Positions 1-10,220 of a DNA stretch of 64,000 bases are shown here, piece after piece. Position numbers and translations under genes: made by a program. The notes beneath the pieces were generated by a model. That model did no database searches. It was not told where the DNA came from and was given only the letters and a program-made list of their open reading frames with translations. The stretch is from Chloroflexota bacterium (GTDB taxonomy: Bacteria > Chloroflexota > Limnocylindria > Limnocylindrales > CSP1-4): positions 12,329 through 76,328 of the forward strand of contig JAJYNJ010000077.1 in NCBI GenBank assembly GCA_021786385.1, written 5' to 3'. Each line of letters begins with the position of its first letter. Position 1 is the first letter of the stretch.

Positions 1-2166
1 GATCTCGCCCGTCATCGCCACGTCTTTGCGGACCGGGATGCCGGTCAGCGCGCTCACGATCGCCGTGGCCATCGTGATGCCTGCGGACGGCCCGTCCTTC
101 GGGATGGCGCCCGCCGGCACGTGGATGTGCAGGGTGTTCTTCTCGAACACTTCGCGCGAGATCCCCAGCTCGCGGGCATGGGCGCGGGTCCAGGAGAGCC
201 CAGCGCGGGCCGACTCGCGCATCACCTCGCCCAGTTGGCCCGTCAGGATGAAGTCCTCGCGCCCCTCCATGCGGGTCACCTCGACGGCGACGATATCGCC
301 GCCGGTCTCCGTCACGACGAGCCCCGTGGCCGCCCCGACCTGGTCTTCCGGTTCGAGCTCGCCGTACTCGTAGCGCGGCGGCCCCAGGAATTCGTCGAGC
401 TTCTTGACGTCGACGACGGTCTTGCGCTTGCGCCCCTCGGCCACGGTCTTGGCGACCTTGCGCATGATGTTGGCCATCTCCCGCTCGAGGTTGCGGACGC
501 CCGCCTCGTGCGTGTATGCCTGGACCAGCTGCGTCAGCGCCGCATCGGTGATCTCGATGTGCTTCGGCGTCAGCCCGTGGTTGGTCATCTGCTTGGGGAT
601 CAGGAAGCGCCGGCCGATCTCGATCTTCTCCTGCTGCGTGTACCCGGGCAGCTGGATGACCTCCATGCGGTCGCGCAGGGCCGCCGGGATCGGGTCGAGC
701 AGGTTCCCCGTCGCGATGAAGAGCACCTTCGAGAGGTCGAACGGCACCTCCAGGTAGTTGTCCTGGAAGGTGTTGTTCTGCTCCGGGTCGAGCACCTCGA
801 GGAGCGCCGAGCTCGGATCGCCGCGGAAGTCCATGCCGATCTTGTCGATCTCGTCGAGCATGAAGACGGGGTTGTTCGAGCCGGCCTGTTTGATGCTCTG
901 GATGATGCGGCCGGGCAGCGCCCCGATATAGGTGCGCCGGTGCCCGCGGATCTCCGCCTCGTCGTGGATGCCGCCCAGGCTCATCCGCACGAACTTGCGG
1001 CCCATCGCCCGCGCGATGCTCTTGCCCAGCGACGTCTTGCCCACGCCGGGCGGCCCCACGAAGGCGAGGATCGGGCTGCGGATGGTGGCCGCGAGGGTGC
1101 GCACCGCGAGGTACTCGAGGATGCGCTCCTTCACCTTCTCCAGGCCGTAGTGGTCCTCGTCGAGGATCTTCGCGGCCTGTCGGATGTCGAGGTTGTCCTC
1201 CGTGGCGACGTTCCAGGGCAGGCCGATCAGCCAGTCGACGTAGGTGCGGATCACGCCGACCTCGGGGGAGGCCGACGGGATCCGGCTCATCCGATCGATC
1301 TCCTTGATCGCCCGCGCCTTCACCTCGTCGGGCATGCCCGCTGCCTCGACCTTGCCGCGGAGCTCGTTGATCTCCGCCTGCTGCGGGTCCTCCTCGCCCA
1401 GCTCGCGCTGGATCGCCTTCAGCTGCTCGCGCAGGATGTACTCGCGCTGGGTCTTGTCCATTTCGGACTTGACCTCGGACTGGATCTTCCCCTTCAGCTC
1501 GAGGATCTCGATCTGGCGGGCCAGGAAGGTGGAGACGAGGCGCAGCCGCTCGACGACGTCGGCGGTCTCGAGGAGCTCCTGGCGTTGCTCGGTGCTCATG
1601 TCGGGGCTATACGCGACCATGTCGGCTAGCAGCCCCGGTTCGGTGATGTTGCGGGCCGCGACGGCCGCCTCTGGGGGCACGGGCGCCCCGGACTGCACGT
1701 ACTGCTCGATCTGCGATTGGACCGAGCGCATCAGCGCCTGGACTTCGAGCCCGGTGGGTTTCTCGTCCTCGAGTGGCTCGACGGTAGCGACGATGTACGG
1801 GTCGGTCTGGCGGAACCCGAGGACGCGCAACCGCTGCTGTCCCTGGACGATCGCGCGGACGGTGCCGTCCTGCAGCTGCACGACCTGGGCGACCTTGGCG
1901 AGGGTGCCCACGCCATAGAGCTCCGAGGGATCGTTGATCTCCTCGCGATCGGCTTGGCGCTGGGTGACGAGCGCGATTGGGCTCGACTCGGCGACGGCGG
2001 CGTTCAGGGCCTTCACCGACTTCTCGCGGCCCACCTGCAGCGGGACGATCATCTCTGGGAAGATCACCGTCTCGCGCAGGGCGAGCAGGGGCAGGTCGCG
2101 GCGACCCGTGCCGGGCGTCTCGTTCGGCGGCGGTGTCTCGTCCGGGCTCGACGGTCGATCTGTCAT
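1..2166 (-). CDS. lon: Lon protease (3' end runs off window)
   Basis: Not in the ORF track because it has no stop in the window. Manual translation from the ATG at 2166 gives [13 protein letters not shown] (Lon N-domain), GPPGVGKTS (Walker A), PKDGPSAG (catalytic Ser) and VAMTGEI. Confidence 0.97.
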   Translation of the reverse strand, partial: MTDRPSSPDETPPPNETPGTGRRDLPLLALRETVIFPEMIVPLQVGREKSVKALNAAVAESSPIALVTQRQADREEINDPSELYGVGTLAKVAQVVQLQDGTVRAIVQGQQRLRVLGFRQTDPYIVATVEPLEDEKPTGLEVQALMRSVQSQIEQYVQSGAPVPPEAAVAARNITEPGLLADMVAYSPDMSTEQRQELLETADVVERLRLVSTFLARQIEILELKGKIQSEVKSEMDKTQREYILREQLKAIQRELGEEDPQQAEINELRGKVEAAGMPDEVKARAIKEIDRMSRIPSASPEVGVIRTYVDWLIGLPWNVATEDNLDIRQAAKILDEDHYGLEKVKERILEYLAVRTLAATIRSPILAFVGPPGVGKTSLGKSIARAMGRKFVRMSLGGIHDEAEIRGHRRTYIGALPGRIIQSIKQAGSNNPVFMLDEIDKIGMDFRGDPSSALLEVLDPEQNNTFQDNYLEVPFDLSKVLFIATGNLLDPIPAALRDRMEVIQLPGYTQQEKIEIGRRFLIPKQMTNHGLTPKHIEITDAALTQLVQAYTHEAGVRNLEREMANIMRKVAKTVAEGRKRKTVVDVKKLDEFLGPPRYEYGELEPEDQVGAATGLVVTETGGDIVAVEVTRMEGREDFILTGQLGEVMRESARAGLSWTRAHARELGISREVFEKNTLHIHVPAGAIPKDGPSAGITMATAIVSALTGIPVRKDVAMTGEI

Positions 2167-2173
2167 GGCGCTC

Positions 2174-2539
2174 TCATCTCCTGCTGGGGGACGGACGGTG
2201 CGCCGCGGGAGGCTGTTCCGGCGGCACGTCCGCGTCTGCGTCTGTGGTCGGTTCCGTGTAGAGGGCCTCCAGGATCGGGGTTCCGAGCTTCTCTTCGAGT
2301 TCGAAGAGGACGCGGACCCCGGCTAGGTTGACCCCCAGGTTCTGCGTCAGGTGCCGGATCCAGAGGACCCGGCGCAAGTCTCGTTCGGAATAGAGTCGGA
2401 TGTTCGTGGGCGTGCGCGCCGGACAGAGCAGCCCTTCGTCCTCGTAGATCCGCAGGGTCCGCGGATGTACCCGCACGATACTCGCCGCGACGCTGATCAC
2501 GTAAACCGGCTGGCTTGGATCTCGTACCCGGTCGCGCAC
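2174..2539 (-). CDS. hspR: HspR-type MerR-family heat-shock repressor
   Basis: [38 protein letters not shown] is the HspR signature; lies between hsp20 and lon. GTG start inferred. Confidence 0.85.
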   Translation of the reverse strand: MRDRVRDPSQPVYVISVAASIVRVHPRTLRIYEDEGLLCPARTPTNIRLYSERDLRRVLWIRHLTQNLGVNLAGVRVLFELEEKLGTPILEALYTEPTTDADADVPPEQPPAAHRPSPSRR

Positions 2540-2555
2540 GTCCGGCTGGTCCCGC

Positions 2556-3056
2556 TCAGTGGCTCTGGGACGACTGGCCGGCGGAGGCGTCGGCGTTGGT
2601 CTGGGCATCGGTCTTGGGCGTGATCCTGATCTGGCGCGGCCGCGCCTCCGCACGCTTGGGCAGCGTGAGCGTGAGCACGCCGTGCTCGTAGTGGGCCGCG
2701 GCCTCGTCCGGGTTCACGTCGCCCGGGAGCTGCACCGTGCGGCTATATCGGCCGCGGCGAAGTTCCTGGAACAGGTACCCACGCTCCTTCTCGCGGCGTT
2801 CCTCCTTGAACTCGCCGCTGATCGTGAGGGTGTCACCCTCCACACTCACCGACACGTCCTCCGGCTGGACCCCGGGGAGCGCCGCCTTCACGACGAGCGC
2901 ATCGTCGGTGCGGTAGATGTCGAGGGGCAGCACGCCTTCCTCCGCCCCGCTCGACCACCCGCGCGGTCGGACGAACGAGTCCTCGAACAGCCGGTCCATC
3001 GCTTGGCGTAGCGAGACGAGTTCGCCGAAGGGACTCGGCCTGCGCATCATGCTCAT
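2556..3056 (-). CDS. Hsp20/alpha-crystallin small heat-shock protein
   Basis: LPLDIY..KAALPGV..YEHGVLTLTLPK; AGGAGG RBS upstream. Confidence 0.96.
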   Translation of the reverse strand: MSMMRRPSPFGELVSLRQAMDRLFEDSFVRPRGWSSGAEEGVLPLDIYRTDDALVVKAALPGVQPEDVSVSVEGDTLTISGEFKEERREKERGYLFQELRRGRYSRTVQLPGDVNPDEAAAHYEHGVLTLTLPKRAEARPRQIRITPKTDAQTNADASAGQSSQSH

Positions 3057-3163
3057 GGTCTGGCACCCTCCTGTGGCGATCCACCACTCAGTCAGCAGAT
3101 GCGGCTCCGGCCCTGCGCGGCCGGAGGGGCGGCTCTCCGCTCACCCGCGCATCACGTGCCGAC

Positions 3164-3193
3164 ATCATCAACCATGACAACATTGTTGTCAAG
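3164..3193 (-). promoter_or_regulatory. Promoter (TTGACA-17-GATGAT) overlapped by HAIR-like inverted repeat
   Basis: Minus strand reads CTTGACA-N7-TGTCATG; perfect palindrome TGACAACA-T-TGTTGTCA at 3175-3191. Confidence 0.75.
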
Positions 3194-3321
3194 AGTGTTG
3201 CTGATTCTTCACCGCACAAGATGTCATAGTGGGTGGTAAGAAAGCAGACGATGGCGCGCCCACTGGGCGGTCGCCGCAGGCGACCCGAGGCATGCCGCGC
3301 CTGCCGGACCGGGCGTCTCCG

Positions 3322-4467
3322 TCAGGCCTCGCCCGTGCGCTCGGTCGGACCCGCATGCCAGACGCCCGCGCGCATCACGCGGCGGACCGCGTACGCATCG
3401 TCGAGCTCGACGAGGTCCGCGCGCAGTCCCGGCGCGAGACGGCCTCGGTCGGTCACCCCGAGCAGCGCCAGCGGGTTCGCGCTGGCCGCCGCCGCCACGC
3501 GCGGCAGGTCGACGCCGAACCGGGCTAGGTTCCGCACCGCCGTGTCGAGCGCGATCACGGACCCGGCAAGCGCTCCGTTCGAGACGAGCGTGCAGCGATC
3601 GCCGTCGACCCTGACCGGGAGCCCGCCCAGCACGCCGCGCTCCGCGGCGGTCCCCGCGAGCGAGATCGCGTCGCTCACGAGGATCAGGCGGTCCGCCGGC
3701 TTGGTGCGCACGATGAGTGGCCAGAGGACCCGGTCGACGTGGTGCCCGTCGGCGATCAGCTCGGTGTACACGTCGTCCCGCGCGAGCGCCACGGCCGCCA
3801 GCCCCGGCGTGTGCTGATGCACGCCGGACATGGCATTGAAGAGATGTGTCGTCGTCCTTGCTCCCGCGTCGTACCCGGCCTGGGCCGCTTCGGCGTCGGC
3901 CACCGAGTGGCCCAGGGAGGCCACCACGCCGCGCGCGCGCAGCCATCCGATCAGGGTCAACGCGCCGGGGCTCTCCGGGGCGATCGTCGTCAGGCGCAGC
4001 CCCTGGAGCAGCGGCTCCAGGTCGGCGACCGGCACGTCAGCCGGGGCGCGCACGAACGTCGGGTTCTGGGCACCGACCCGCTGGGGCGAGATGAACGGGC
4101 CCTCCAGGTTGAACCCAAGTGGAGCGGCGCCGTCGTCGCACGCCACCGGCATCCAGCGGCGGACGCGGTCCGCGAAGGCCCGAAGCTCCTCCAACGGCGC
4201 GGTGACCGCGGTGGGCAGAAATGACGTCACGCCGCGGCGCAGCAGCGCCCGGGCCATGCCGTCGAGCGCTCCATCGGGCCCCATCGCGTCGTGGCCGCCC
4301 CATCCATGCACGTGGACGTCGACGAACCCCGGCATGACCCACGGGCCTGCCGCCTCGGATTCGTCCGGCTCGACGGTCGCGATACGCCCGCCGGCGACGA
4401 TGACGCGCCCCGGGACGACACCCCCGTCCAGCACCAGCCTGCCGCCGACGACCGTCTCGCTCTCCAC
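3322..4467 (-). CDS. nagA: N-acetylglucosamine-6-phosphate deacetylase
   Basis: PGFVDVHVHG, LEGPF, THLFNAM, IADGHH, LAGS motifs. GTG start inferred. Confidence 0.93.
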   Translation of the reverse strand: MESETVVGGRLVLDGGVVPGRVIVAGGRIATVEPDESEAAGPWVMPGFVDVHVHGWGGHDAMGPDGALDGMARALLRRGVTSFLPTAVTAPLEELRAFADRVRRWMPVACDDGAAPLGFNLEGPFISPQRVGAQNPTFVRAPADVPVADLEPLLQGLRLTTIAPESPGALTLIGWLRARGVVASLGHSVADAEAAQAGYDAGARTTTHLFNAMSGVHQHTPGLAAVALARDDVYTELIADGHHVDRVLWPLIVRTKPADRLILVSDAISLAGTAAERGVLGGLPVRVDGDRCTLVSNGALAGSVIALDTAVRNLARFGVDLPRVAAAASANPLALLGVTDRGRLAPGLRADLVELDDAYAVRRVMRAGVWHAGPTERTGEA

Positions 4468-4645
4468 TGCCCCGGCCTCCCGACTTCTTGCCGACCAGTC
4501 CGCTGCCCGTGACGGTCGCGCGACCGCCCCCACCCGCGACAGTGCCGTTCGGCTTGACGGTGCCGCCTGACCCGACAGTGCGGCTGCGGTCTTGCCGGAT
4601 CCGGCTGCCGAGCGGCACCCAACCGGGCGCCGGACGAACCCTGGC

Positions 4646-5326
4646 TCAGGCCGGGGCGTCGTGCGGTCGCTCGCCGATCAAGAGCCGGCGGACGTCGTCC
4701 TGGCAGGTGGTGCGGCTCAGCGCGACCAGCTTGTCGCCCGCCTGCAGCGTCGTGTCGGGCCGCACGGCCTGCGCCACGTTGCCGCGGATCACGGCGAACA
4801 GGAGGCAGCCCTCGGGGAGCACCAAGTCGCGCGCCGCGCGGCCCGCCGCGGGCGAGTCATCCTCGATCTGCGCTTCGACCAGCTCGAGATCGCCGGTCGA
4901 GAGCTGGGCCAGGTGCAGCAGGTCGTGCACCGGGATGTCCTGCTCGATGGCGCCCAGCGCCATGCGCGTCGGGTTGATCACCTCGTCGACGCCGAGCTTG
5001 CGAAAGAGTGCTTCGTTCTTGGGGCTGTTGACCCGCGCGATCGTGCGTGGCACGGCGAAGTGGTGCTTGGCCATCTGGCAGACGACCAGGTTGTCCTCGT
5101 CGTCGCCGGTCACCGCCGCCACGATCGCGGCGCGGTTGGCCCCCGCCGCCGCCAGATGTTTGCCCTCGCAGCCGTCACGGGTCAGCACCACGCTCCCGAT
5201 CTCATCCGCGATCTGCGCCGCACGCCGGGGATCCTTCTCGAGCAGCACGACTTCATGGCCCGAGGTCAGGAGTTCCCGGGTCAGGTAGTAGCCGACCTTC
5301 CCGCCGCCCACGACGATGATGAACAT
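4646..5326 (-). CDS. TrkA family K+ uptake protein (RCK_N + RCK_C)
   Basis: MFIIVVGGGKVG, VTGDDEDN, GVDEVINPT and a C-terminal RCK_C domain. Confidence 0.93.
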   Translation of the reverse strand: MFIIVVGGGKVGYYLTRELLTSGHEVVLLEKDPRRAAQIADEIGSVVLTRDGCEGKHLAAAGANRAAIVAAVTGDDEDNLVVCQMAKHHFAVPRTIARVNSPKNEALFRKLGVDEVINPTRMALGAIEQDIPVHDLLHLAQLSTGDLELVEAQIEDDSPAAGRAARDLVLPEGCLLFAVIRGNVAQAVRPDTTLQAGDKLVALSRTTCQDDVRRLLIGERPHDAPA

Positions 5327-5784
5327 CAGCGCGCCTCCGCCTCGTGCGACGGCTCCGCCAGCAGGTCGCCAGCGTGCTGGTCGCCCGGCAGCCCGACGAA
5401 CTGCGCCAGCACGTCGATCATCAGCGTGGTCCGGCAGATCACCGCGAGACCCATGACGCGATACGCGGCGGCGCGCACGGGGTCGTTGATCTTGGCCACG
5501 ACGTGGGGGATGCGCAGGGTGTCGCGCGCGATCTGCGCGGCCAGCGCGTTCCGATTGTCGCCTTCGGTCAAGGCGAAGAAACAATCCGCCTGCTCCGCTC
5601 CGATCCGGCGCAGCACGTCCTCATCGGTCCCGTCGCCGCGGATGGCCTGGCCCGGGAAGTCGGCGTTGAGCCGGTTGAACGCCTGTGTGGAAATGTCGAC
5701 GACGGTGACGTCATGCCCCGCGCCAGCGAGGGCTTCGGCGAGCCCCGCGCCCACGCGGCCGCAACCCACGATGATCGTGCGCAC
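5326..5784 (-). CDS. TrkA family protein (RCK_N only)
   Basis: IIVGCGRVG, GDGTDEDVL, TEGDNRN. Confidence 0.9.
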   Translation of the reverse strand: MRTIIVGCGRVGAGLAEALAGAGHDVTVVDISTQAFNRLNADFPGQAIRGDGTDEDVLRRIGAEQADCFFALTEGDNRNALAAQIARDTLRIPHVVAKINDPVRAAAYRVMGLAVICRTTLMIDVLAQFVGLPGDQHAGDLLAEPSHEAEAR

Positions 5785-5794
5785 TCTCGCTCCT

Positions 5795-6289
5795 CTACCG
5801 GCGGGCCAGGGCCCGCTGCTCCGTGCTGCTGCCAGTTTCCGTGGGGATCGCGCTGCGCACGACGAGCACGGCCATGGGCGCGTTCTGGAGCACATATGGG
5901 ATGACGCGGCCCATCGCGAAGTCCCCGCCGAACTTCGTCCGGTAGGGCAGGCCCAGGATGATCAGATCCGCATCCACCCCGGCTGCCTCGTCGACGATCG
6001 CCGCTCCCACGTCGCGCGCCTGAAGGAGCGTGGTCTTCAGGTCGATCCCGTAGCGCTCCGCCTGCGCCTCGGCGCGATCGAGCACCTCGGACGCCCGTTC
6101 CCGACTGCCCGGCAGGACCTCGGCCAGGTCGTGGGTCCAGTCGACTTCGATGACGTTGACGGCGATCAGCTCGGTCCGCGCCTGCTTGGCCATTCGCACG
6201 GCGGCCCCGACGACGAGCGGATCGGTCGGCCCCCCGTTCAGCCCCAGCACCGCGCGCGTGAACTGACCCTGCCCGTTGCTCTCTCCCAT
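5795..6289 (-). CDS. Universal stress protein
   Basis: AIVDEAAGVDADLIILG..GRVIPYVLQNAPMAVLVVR is the USP C-terminal motif. Confidence 0.88.
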   Translation of the reverse strand: MGESNGQGQFTRAVLGLNGGPTDPLVVGAAVRMAKQARTELIAVNVIEVDWTHDLAEVLPGSRERASEVLDRAEAQAERYGIDLKTTLLQARDVGAAIVDEAAGVDADLIILGLPYRTKFGGDFAMGRVIPYVLQNAPMAVLVVRSAIPTETGSSTEQRALARR

Positions 6290-6358
6290 CGGCGCGTAGC
6301 GTAGCACCGGCCCGCGGAGGCGGCGGCCCCTCGGGCGGCTCCCGGGTCGCGTCGTGCC

Positions 6359-8371
6359 TTACGCATCCTTGCGGTAGGGCACCACCGCCACCACCGTGTT
6401 GGGTCGGCCGATCAGGGCTCGGCGCAGCCGCTGCGCGCTGCGGTTGTGCAGGATCTGTTCCCACCAGTGCCGCACGACGAACTCCGGGACCACCACGATC
6501 GTGACGGCCTCCGGGTCGGGCTCCATCACGTCGAGGTACGTCACGAGCGGTCTGACGAGCTGGCGGTACGGCGACTCGACGATCACGAGCGGGACCCCCG
6601 GGAGCTGACGCTCGAAGCGCGCGCGCAGCTGCTCGCCCGAGTCGATCTCGTCAGTGACGTAGACCGCGCGAACGTCGGGCGAGAGCGTCCGCGCGAACGC
6701 GATCGCCTGGACGACCGCGCGGGTCAGCCCCGGCACGGGGACCACCACCCGCTGGCGCCGGTGCGGCTGTCCGAAGACCAGGTCCTCGCGCACCACCAGC
6801 TCGGCCGCCTCACGCGCGTATTCGCGGTGGATCAGCACCATCACCAGGACGATGATCGGGATCAGCGCCACGACCATCCAGGCGCCAGCCGTGAACTTCA
6901 CGCTCGCCACCACGACCGCGACCACCCCGGTCAGGACCGCGCCGAAGGCATTGATGGCGAGGCGCGACCGCCAGCCGCGGCCATGTTCCACGAACCAGTG
7001 CTTGACCATCCCGGCCTGGGAGATGGTGAAGCTGATGAAGACGCCGACTGCGTAGAGCGGGATCAGCGCCGCCGTGTTGGCGTTGAAGGCGACCAGCAGC
7101 GCGGCCGCCACGGCGGCCAGCACGAAGATGCCGGTGGAGAAGGCCAGGCGGTCCCCGCGGAACGCGAACGCGCGCGGGAAGTACGCGTCCTCGGCGAGGA
7201 TCGCCGCGAGGCGCGGAAACGCGTTGAAACTGGTGTTCGACGCGAGGACCAGGATCAGCGCGGCAGACGCCTGGAAGAGATAGAACATCGGCCCGGTCCC
7301 CACGGCCGCGCGGGCGACGAGCGCCGGGACGGATTGCGTGCCGCCAGGGAGGATGCCGTAGGAGACCGCGACCGCGGTGACGCCGATGAAGATGATCGCG
7401 AGCAGCGCCGCCATCGCGACCAGCGTGCGTGCCGCGTTCTGCGCCTCCGGCGGTTTGAAGGCAGGCACCCCGTTCGCAATCGCTTCGGTCCCCGTCAAAG
7501 CGACCGAGCCGCCGGCGAATGCGCGGAGCACGAGCAGGATCGAGAGCTGGTCGACCGCGGCCGACACGTGGCCGGGCTGGTAGCCGGTCGCCGCTGGATC
7601 GTGCAGCACCAGCGCCTTGAAGAGACCGCTGCCCACGACGACGAGGGCCGACCCCACATACAGATACGTGGGCAGCGCGAAGATATTGCCGGACTCGCGG
7701 ATCCCGCGCAGGTTGCCGAGCAGGATGAGGGAGATCGCCACGACGCAGGCCTCCACGCGCACGGGGAAGAGCGCCGGAAACGCCGAGTAGATCTGCTCGA
7801 TGGCCGAGGAGGTCGAGACCGCTACGGTCATCACGTAGTCGATCAGCAGCGCGGAAGCTGCGACCAGCGCGAAGATGCGGGGCAGGTTGGCGCCCGCCAC
7901 CGCGTATGCGCCGCCACCAGACGGATAGGCGTAGCCGATCTGCCGATAGCTGATGGCCACGATGGCCAGCAGCGCCGCGATCGCGATCGCGATCGGAAGC
8001 GTCAGGGTCAGGGCGGCGAGGCCGCCCAGCACGAGAATGTTGAGGATCTCCTCGGAGGCGTAGGCGCTCGACGAGATCGCGTCGGAGCTCAGGATCGCCA
8101 GCGCCTTCTTCTTCGAGAGGCGCTCCTCGATCTCCTGCTCGCTTGCCAGCGGGGTGCCGATGAGGAGACGGCGGATCTGCGCATAGGCCCGCCCGAGCCG
8201 GGTGGTCGGGGCGCTCGCCTTCGCCTTCGCCCGCACGATGCCGGGTCCGGCGTAGCGGAAGTACTCGGCCTGCGGCCGTGCGACGCGGACGCGCTGGTCG
8301 CCGAGCTTGCGGCCGCGCAGCGGGGCCGATGTGCCCGCGGGCTTCTGGCCGACGTCCTTTCTGCGGTCCAG
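6359..8371 (-). CDS. APC family permease, KimA/YdaO-like K+ transporter
   Basis: LSSDAISSSAYA, YPSGGGAY, ALTGTEAIANGVPAF, C-terminal ESPYR..PEFV..WWEQILHN. Start uncertain; the ORF track over-extends into the upstream gene. Confidence 0.9.
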   Translation of the reverse strand: MDRRKDVGQKPAGTSAPLRGRKLGDQRVRVARPQAEYFRYAGPGIVRAKAKASAPTTRLGRAYAQIRRLLIGTPLASEQEIEERLSKKKALAILSSDAISSSAYASEEILNILVLGGLAALTLTLPIAIAIAALLAIVAISYRQIGYAYPSGGGAYAVAGANLPRIFALVAASALLIDYVMTVAVSTSSAIEQIYSAFPALFPVRVEACVVAISLILLGNLRGIRESGNIFALPTYLYVGSALVVVGSGLFKALVLHDPAATGYQPGHVSAAVDQLSILLVLRAFAGGSVALTGTEAIANGVPAFKPPEAQNAARTLVAMAALLAIIFIGVTAVAVSYGILPGGTQSVPALVARAAVGTGPMFYLFQASAALILVLASNTSFNAFPRLAAILAEDAYFPRAFAFRGDRLAFSTGIFVLAAVAAALLVAFNANTAALIPLYAVGVFISFTISQAGMVKHWFVEHGRGWRSRLAINAFGAVLTGVVAVVVASVKFTAGAWMVVALIPIIVLVMVLIHREYAREAAELVVREDLVFGQPHRRQRVVVPVPGLTRAVVQAIAFARTLSPDVRAVYVTDEIDSGEQLRARFERQLPGVPLVIVESPYRQLVRPLVTYLDVMEPDPEAVTIVVVPEFVVRHWWEQILHNRSAQRLRRALIGRPNTVVAVVPYRKDA

Positions 8372-8382
8372 CGCGAACCCCC

Positions 8383-9105
8383 TCAGAGCCCCAGATCGAG
8401 CCGGTCGATCAGCCGCTGGGGCAGGCCGGCGGCGCGCATCGCCTGCTGGGTGACCGCGATGGCGTACGGCGCGCGGCGCCAGGTGACCGTGCCTGACCCG
8501 GTGTCGAGCAGGGCTCCCGCGGCGCGGGGATCCCCATCGCGCGGCTGGCCGACACCCCCGGGGTTGATGATGGTGCGCCGGCCATCGAGGACGAGGGTGG
8601 TCCCGTCCTGCGGCAGGATCGCCTCGATGCGCCCGGCGGTCTCCCGGAACGCGAGCGGCACGTGCGTGTGCCCCACCAGGCAGTACGGCGTCGCGAACGC
8701 GGCGAGGTTGGCCCGCGCGACCGACGTCGAGTAGAGGTATTCCCAGAGGGGATCCCGCGGTGACCCGTGGGCGAGCGTGAAGTCCCCGTCGACGCGCGTC
8801 ACGGGGTTGCCTGCCAGCCAGTGTCGTGCTCGGTCGTTCAGTTGTCGCGCGGACCACTCGACCGCCACGCGCGCGGCGTCGTTGAACCACTCGGTGTCGA
8901 TCTCGCCCAGGGCGGCGGCATCATGGTTGCCCTGCACGCCGACCGCGCCGGCGGCCTCCAGTCGGTCGATCACCTCCACGGGTGCGGGCCCGTAGCCCAC
9001 GACGTCGCCCAGGTGCCAGATCGCGTCGAAGGGGGCCAGTGCGTCGAGGATCGCTTCGAGGGCCGCGAGGTTCCCGTGGATATCCGAGATCAGCGCGACG
9101 CGCAT
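8383..9105 (-). CDS. Metallophosphoesterase (calcineurin-like)
   Basis: SDIHGN, GDVVGYG, GNHD, HGSP, GHTH, NPGGVGQPRDG. Confidence 0.95.
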   Translation of the reverse strand: MRVALISDIHGNLAALEAILDALAPFDAIWHLGDVVGYGPAPVEVIDRLEAAGAVGVQGNHDAAALGEIDTEWFNDAARVAVEWSARQLNDRARHWLAGNPVTRVDGDFTLAHGSPRDPLWEYLYSTSVARANLAAFATPYCLVGHTHVPLAFRETAGRIEAILPQDGTTLVLDGRRTIINPGGVGQPRDGDPRAAGALLDTGSGTVTWRRAPYAIAVTQQAMRAAGLPQRLIDRLDLGL

Positions 9106-9109
9106 GCGC

Positions 9110-9949
9110 TCAGGGTAGCAGCCGCCGCCGTTGCGGAGTCCGCCGTGGGTAGCGCTCTGGCGTGGCCCGGCGCTTCGCCACACAGACGAGGAGGTGGTCG
9201 TCGAGGCCGGTCAGCCGCACGCGCTCCGTCGCGGGCTGTGGGTCCGCGCCGAGCGTTTCCAGGAGCGGCAGTGCGGCAGCGAGCTCGTCCGCAAACGCCC
9301 CGTCACCCGCGTCGCGCTTCCAGGCCACGAAGACGCCGCCTGGCCGGACGAGTGGGAGCGCCAGCTCCAGCAGGCCGGGCAGCGCGGCCACTGCACGGGC
9401 GGTGACGATCTCCCATCGCTCGCGGTATTCGGGCCGCCGTCCGAGCGCCTCTGCCCGGGCGGTGACCACGCGCCACCGGACCGGCTCCTCCCCGTGATCC
9501 TGGAAGGCACGCGCCGCCGCGGACGCGACCACCTCCAGGAACGCGGTCCGGCGCCCCACGGAGTCGACCAGCGACGCTTCGGCTGCTGGGATCGCCACGG
9601 CGACCGGGAGTCCCGGATACCCCGCCCCGCTGCCCACGTCGAGGAGTGTCACTGGGCGACGCGGGGGACGACGAGCGGCCAGTCGCTCGAGCAGCGTCGG
9701 CACCGCGGCCAGGCTGTCGGCGACGTGCTCGAGGGCGACGCCGGCCGGGTCCCGGATCGCGGTCAGGTTCACGAAGGGGCTCCAAGCGAGGACGAGGCGG
9801 GCCTGCGCATCGAGCGCTGCGCGCATGCCCGGCGTCAGGTCCAGCCCAAGCTCTGCCAGGGCCCGATCGAGAACCGCGTCGAACGACGGGCCGGGCGGCG
9901 CAAGCACGGCCGGATCCTGGGGCAGCGGCTGCCGGGCAACGCGGCCCAC
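9110..9949 (-). CDS. rsmG: 16S rRNA m7G527 methyltransferase RsmG
   Basis: NLTAI, HVADSL, DVGSGAGYPG, VTARAVA, TPERYPRR. Start inferred at GTG 9949. Confidence 0.9.
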   Translation of the reverse strand: MGRVARQPLPQDPAVLAPPGPSFDAVLDRALAELGLDLTPGMRAALDAQARLVLAWSPFVNLTAIRDPAGVALEHVADSLAAVPTLLERLAARRPPRRPVTLLDVGSGAGYPGLPVAVAIPAAEASLVDSVGRRTAFLEVVASAAARAFQDHGEEPVRWRVVTARAEALGRRPEYRERWEIVTARAVAALPGLLELALPLVRPGGVFVAWKRDAGDGAFADELAAALPLLETLGADPQPATERVRLTGLDDHLLVCVAKRRATPERYPRRTPQRRRLLP

Positions 9950-10025
9950 GGAGCGCTGCCCATGGCTCCGGCCTGTGGCACCAGTCGCCGACCGATCGCT
10001 GGCCGCGGCACCCGGGAGCAAGGGC

Positions 10026-10220
10026 GACGCCGGAAGGGAGCGCATCTCCTCCGGTGCGCGTCCCCTCCAGGGCGCCTCCCGGACCGTGCTCGGCTCGACC
10101 TTCCGGCGTCGCGAGTTCGAAGGCACCTCCCTGCCTTTCAGTCTTCCGCCGCTCGTTCGGTCTTCCGGCCGGTCTCTCGACCACCTTGCGAGCCGCGTTA
10201 CCGTACTCGGCCTTCGGTGC
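10026..10220 (-). ncRNA. Candidate structured RNA / long 5' leader of rsmG
   Basis: TTGATT-17-GAGACT promoter-like pair upstream; CGAAGGC/GCCTTCG closing helix; GGTC-GAGA-GACC hairpin; long 3' hairpin at 10026-10076. Confidence 0.4.

Noticed and set aside
121-1629. 502-aa plus-strand ORF and many similar long antisense ORFs (e.g. 6446-8734, 19212-20774, 42094-44787, 46464-48677)
   Set aside because: Shadow frames of real opposite-strand genes, typical of high-GC DNA; no motifs.
8372-8890. N-terminal extension of the 843-aa APC ORF
   Set aside because: It overlaps the metallophosphoesterase gene.
10130-10220. Glycine riboswitch or SRP RNA (CACCGAAGG, CCGGAAGG motifs)
   Set aside because: It lacks CTCTCAGG and the SRP CAGG..AGCAG internal loop; kept only as an unknown RNA candidate.
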